A stretch of 64,000 nt of DNA, taken from the NCBI GenBank assembly GCA_963747235.1, contig CAVVEU010000008.1:352001-416000 (forward strand), in the 5' to 3' direction. The notes beneath the pieces were generated by a model that searched no databases, was not told where the DNA came from, and was given only the letters and a program-made list of their open reading frames with translations. The stretch is from an uncultured Candidatus Rokubacteria bacterium. Its GTDB lineage: Bacteria > Methylomirabilota > Methylomirabilia > Rokubacteriales > CSP1-6. Shown here piece by piece: positions 63,498 through 64,000 of the stretch; the stretch's first letter is position 1, and each line of letters opens with the position of its first letter. The translations under genes and the position numbers were made by a program.

Positions 63498-63883
63498 AGG
63501 CTCTGCCCTCCCTTGAGGCTGCCGATGCCGAGCGAGCCGCCGCCATCGCCCGCCGCCGCGCCGCCCTCGTCACCGCCGCCCGCCCCGGCCTGCTCCCGCG
63601 CGATCAGCGAGCCGCTCGTGAACAGGTACTCCTTGAGGTGCGCGTCCATCTTGGCGTCGCGCCGCCGGTACCACTCGAGCAGCATCGCGAAGTGCTCCTT
63701 CTCCTCGTCGCGGTTGTGGGCCAGGATGTCCTTCAGGTCCTGGTCGGTCGCCGCGTCGACGCGCTGGTCGTACCAGTCGGCCGCCTCCAGCTCTTCCTGC
63801 ATGGAGGTGAGCGCCCGGTGGTTGTCCTGGGTCTCCGGCCGCAGCTTGCTTTCCGATTCGTGGTATCCCGCCGAGTTCGCCAT
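63494..63883 (-). CDS. Encapsulated ferritin-like protein (EncFtn/Flp)
   Basis: EELEAADWYDQR, AHNRDEEKEH ferroxidase motifs; Gly/Ala linker and C-terminal GSLGIGSLKG targeting peptide. Confidence 0.94.
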   Translation of the reverse strand: MANSAGYHESESKLRPETQDNHRALTSMQEELEAADWYDQRVDAATDQDLKDILAHNRDEEKEHFAMLLEWYRRRDAKMDAHLKEYLFTSGSLIAREQAGAGGGDEGGAAAGDGGGSLGIGSLKGGQSL

Positions 63884-63984
63884 CGCCGCTCCTTTAGGAG
63901 GTCACGTGAGAGGTCACGATACCCCAGCCGCCAGCGCGCTTCAACCGGGGACCGTGCTATGGTAGCGCCGCGCGGAGGACACCC

Positions 63985-64000
63985 ATGGACGGGACACTCA
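63985..64000 (+). CDS. Start of an unidentified CDS (partial)
   Basis: TGnTATGGT -10 at 63958, GGAGG SD, ATG GAC GGG ACA CTC. Confidence 0.4.

Overview
High-GC bacterial chromosomal segment; gene order and content resemble Candidatus Rokubacteria/Methylomirabilota (inference only). Many single-base indels split even essential genes, most likely long-read consensus errors, so many CDS boundaries are stitched across frames and approximate. 1-44 kb is mainly housekeeping: frr-uppS-cdsA-dxr-rseP-ferredoxin-proS; rimP-nusA-ylxR-infB-DUF503-rbfA-nrnA-truB-ribF-rpsO-pnp-M16 peptidase; purB-S-Q-L-F-M-N-H-(HTH/TPR)-purD; tsaC-mobA-unknown-thiI-MBL RNase-acyltransferase-MFS; rpiB-glyA-nrdR; DMT, pyrE-like; tsaB-rimI-meaB. 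44-64 kb is accessory metabolism: FadF-like Fe-S oxidoreductase, CoA transferase, permeases, HpaB-like monooxygenase, HxlR regulator, LLM oxidoreductase, Dpp-type ABC genes, htpG and a family 1 encapsulin with encapsulated ferritin. No tRNA, rRNA, CRISPR or transposase was seen. Most notable: (1) a 13-aa lysine-rich micropeptide (MAKKKAAKKKKKK) with its own promoter, strong SD and downstream hairpins just upstream of a DMT exporter; (2) an 89-bp tandem repeat forming a chain of stop/start-coupled 30-aa mini-ORFs between purD and tsaC; (3) palindromic repeats translated into gene C-termini; (4) an uncharacterised GNAT-like gene; (5) three genes with internal deletions.
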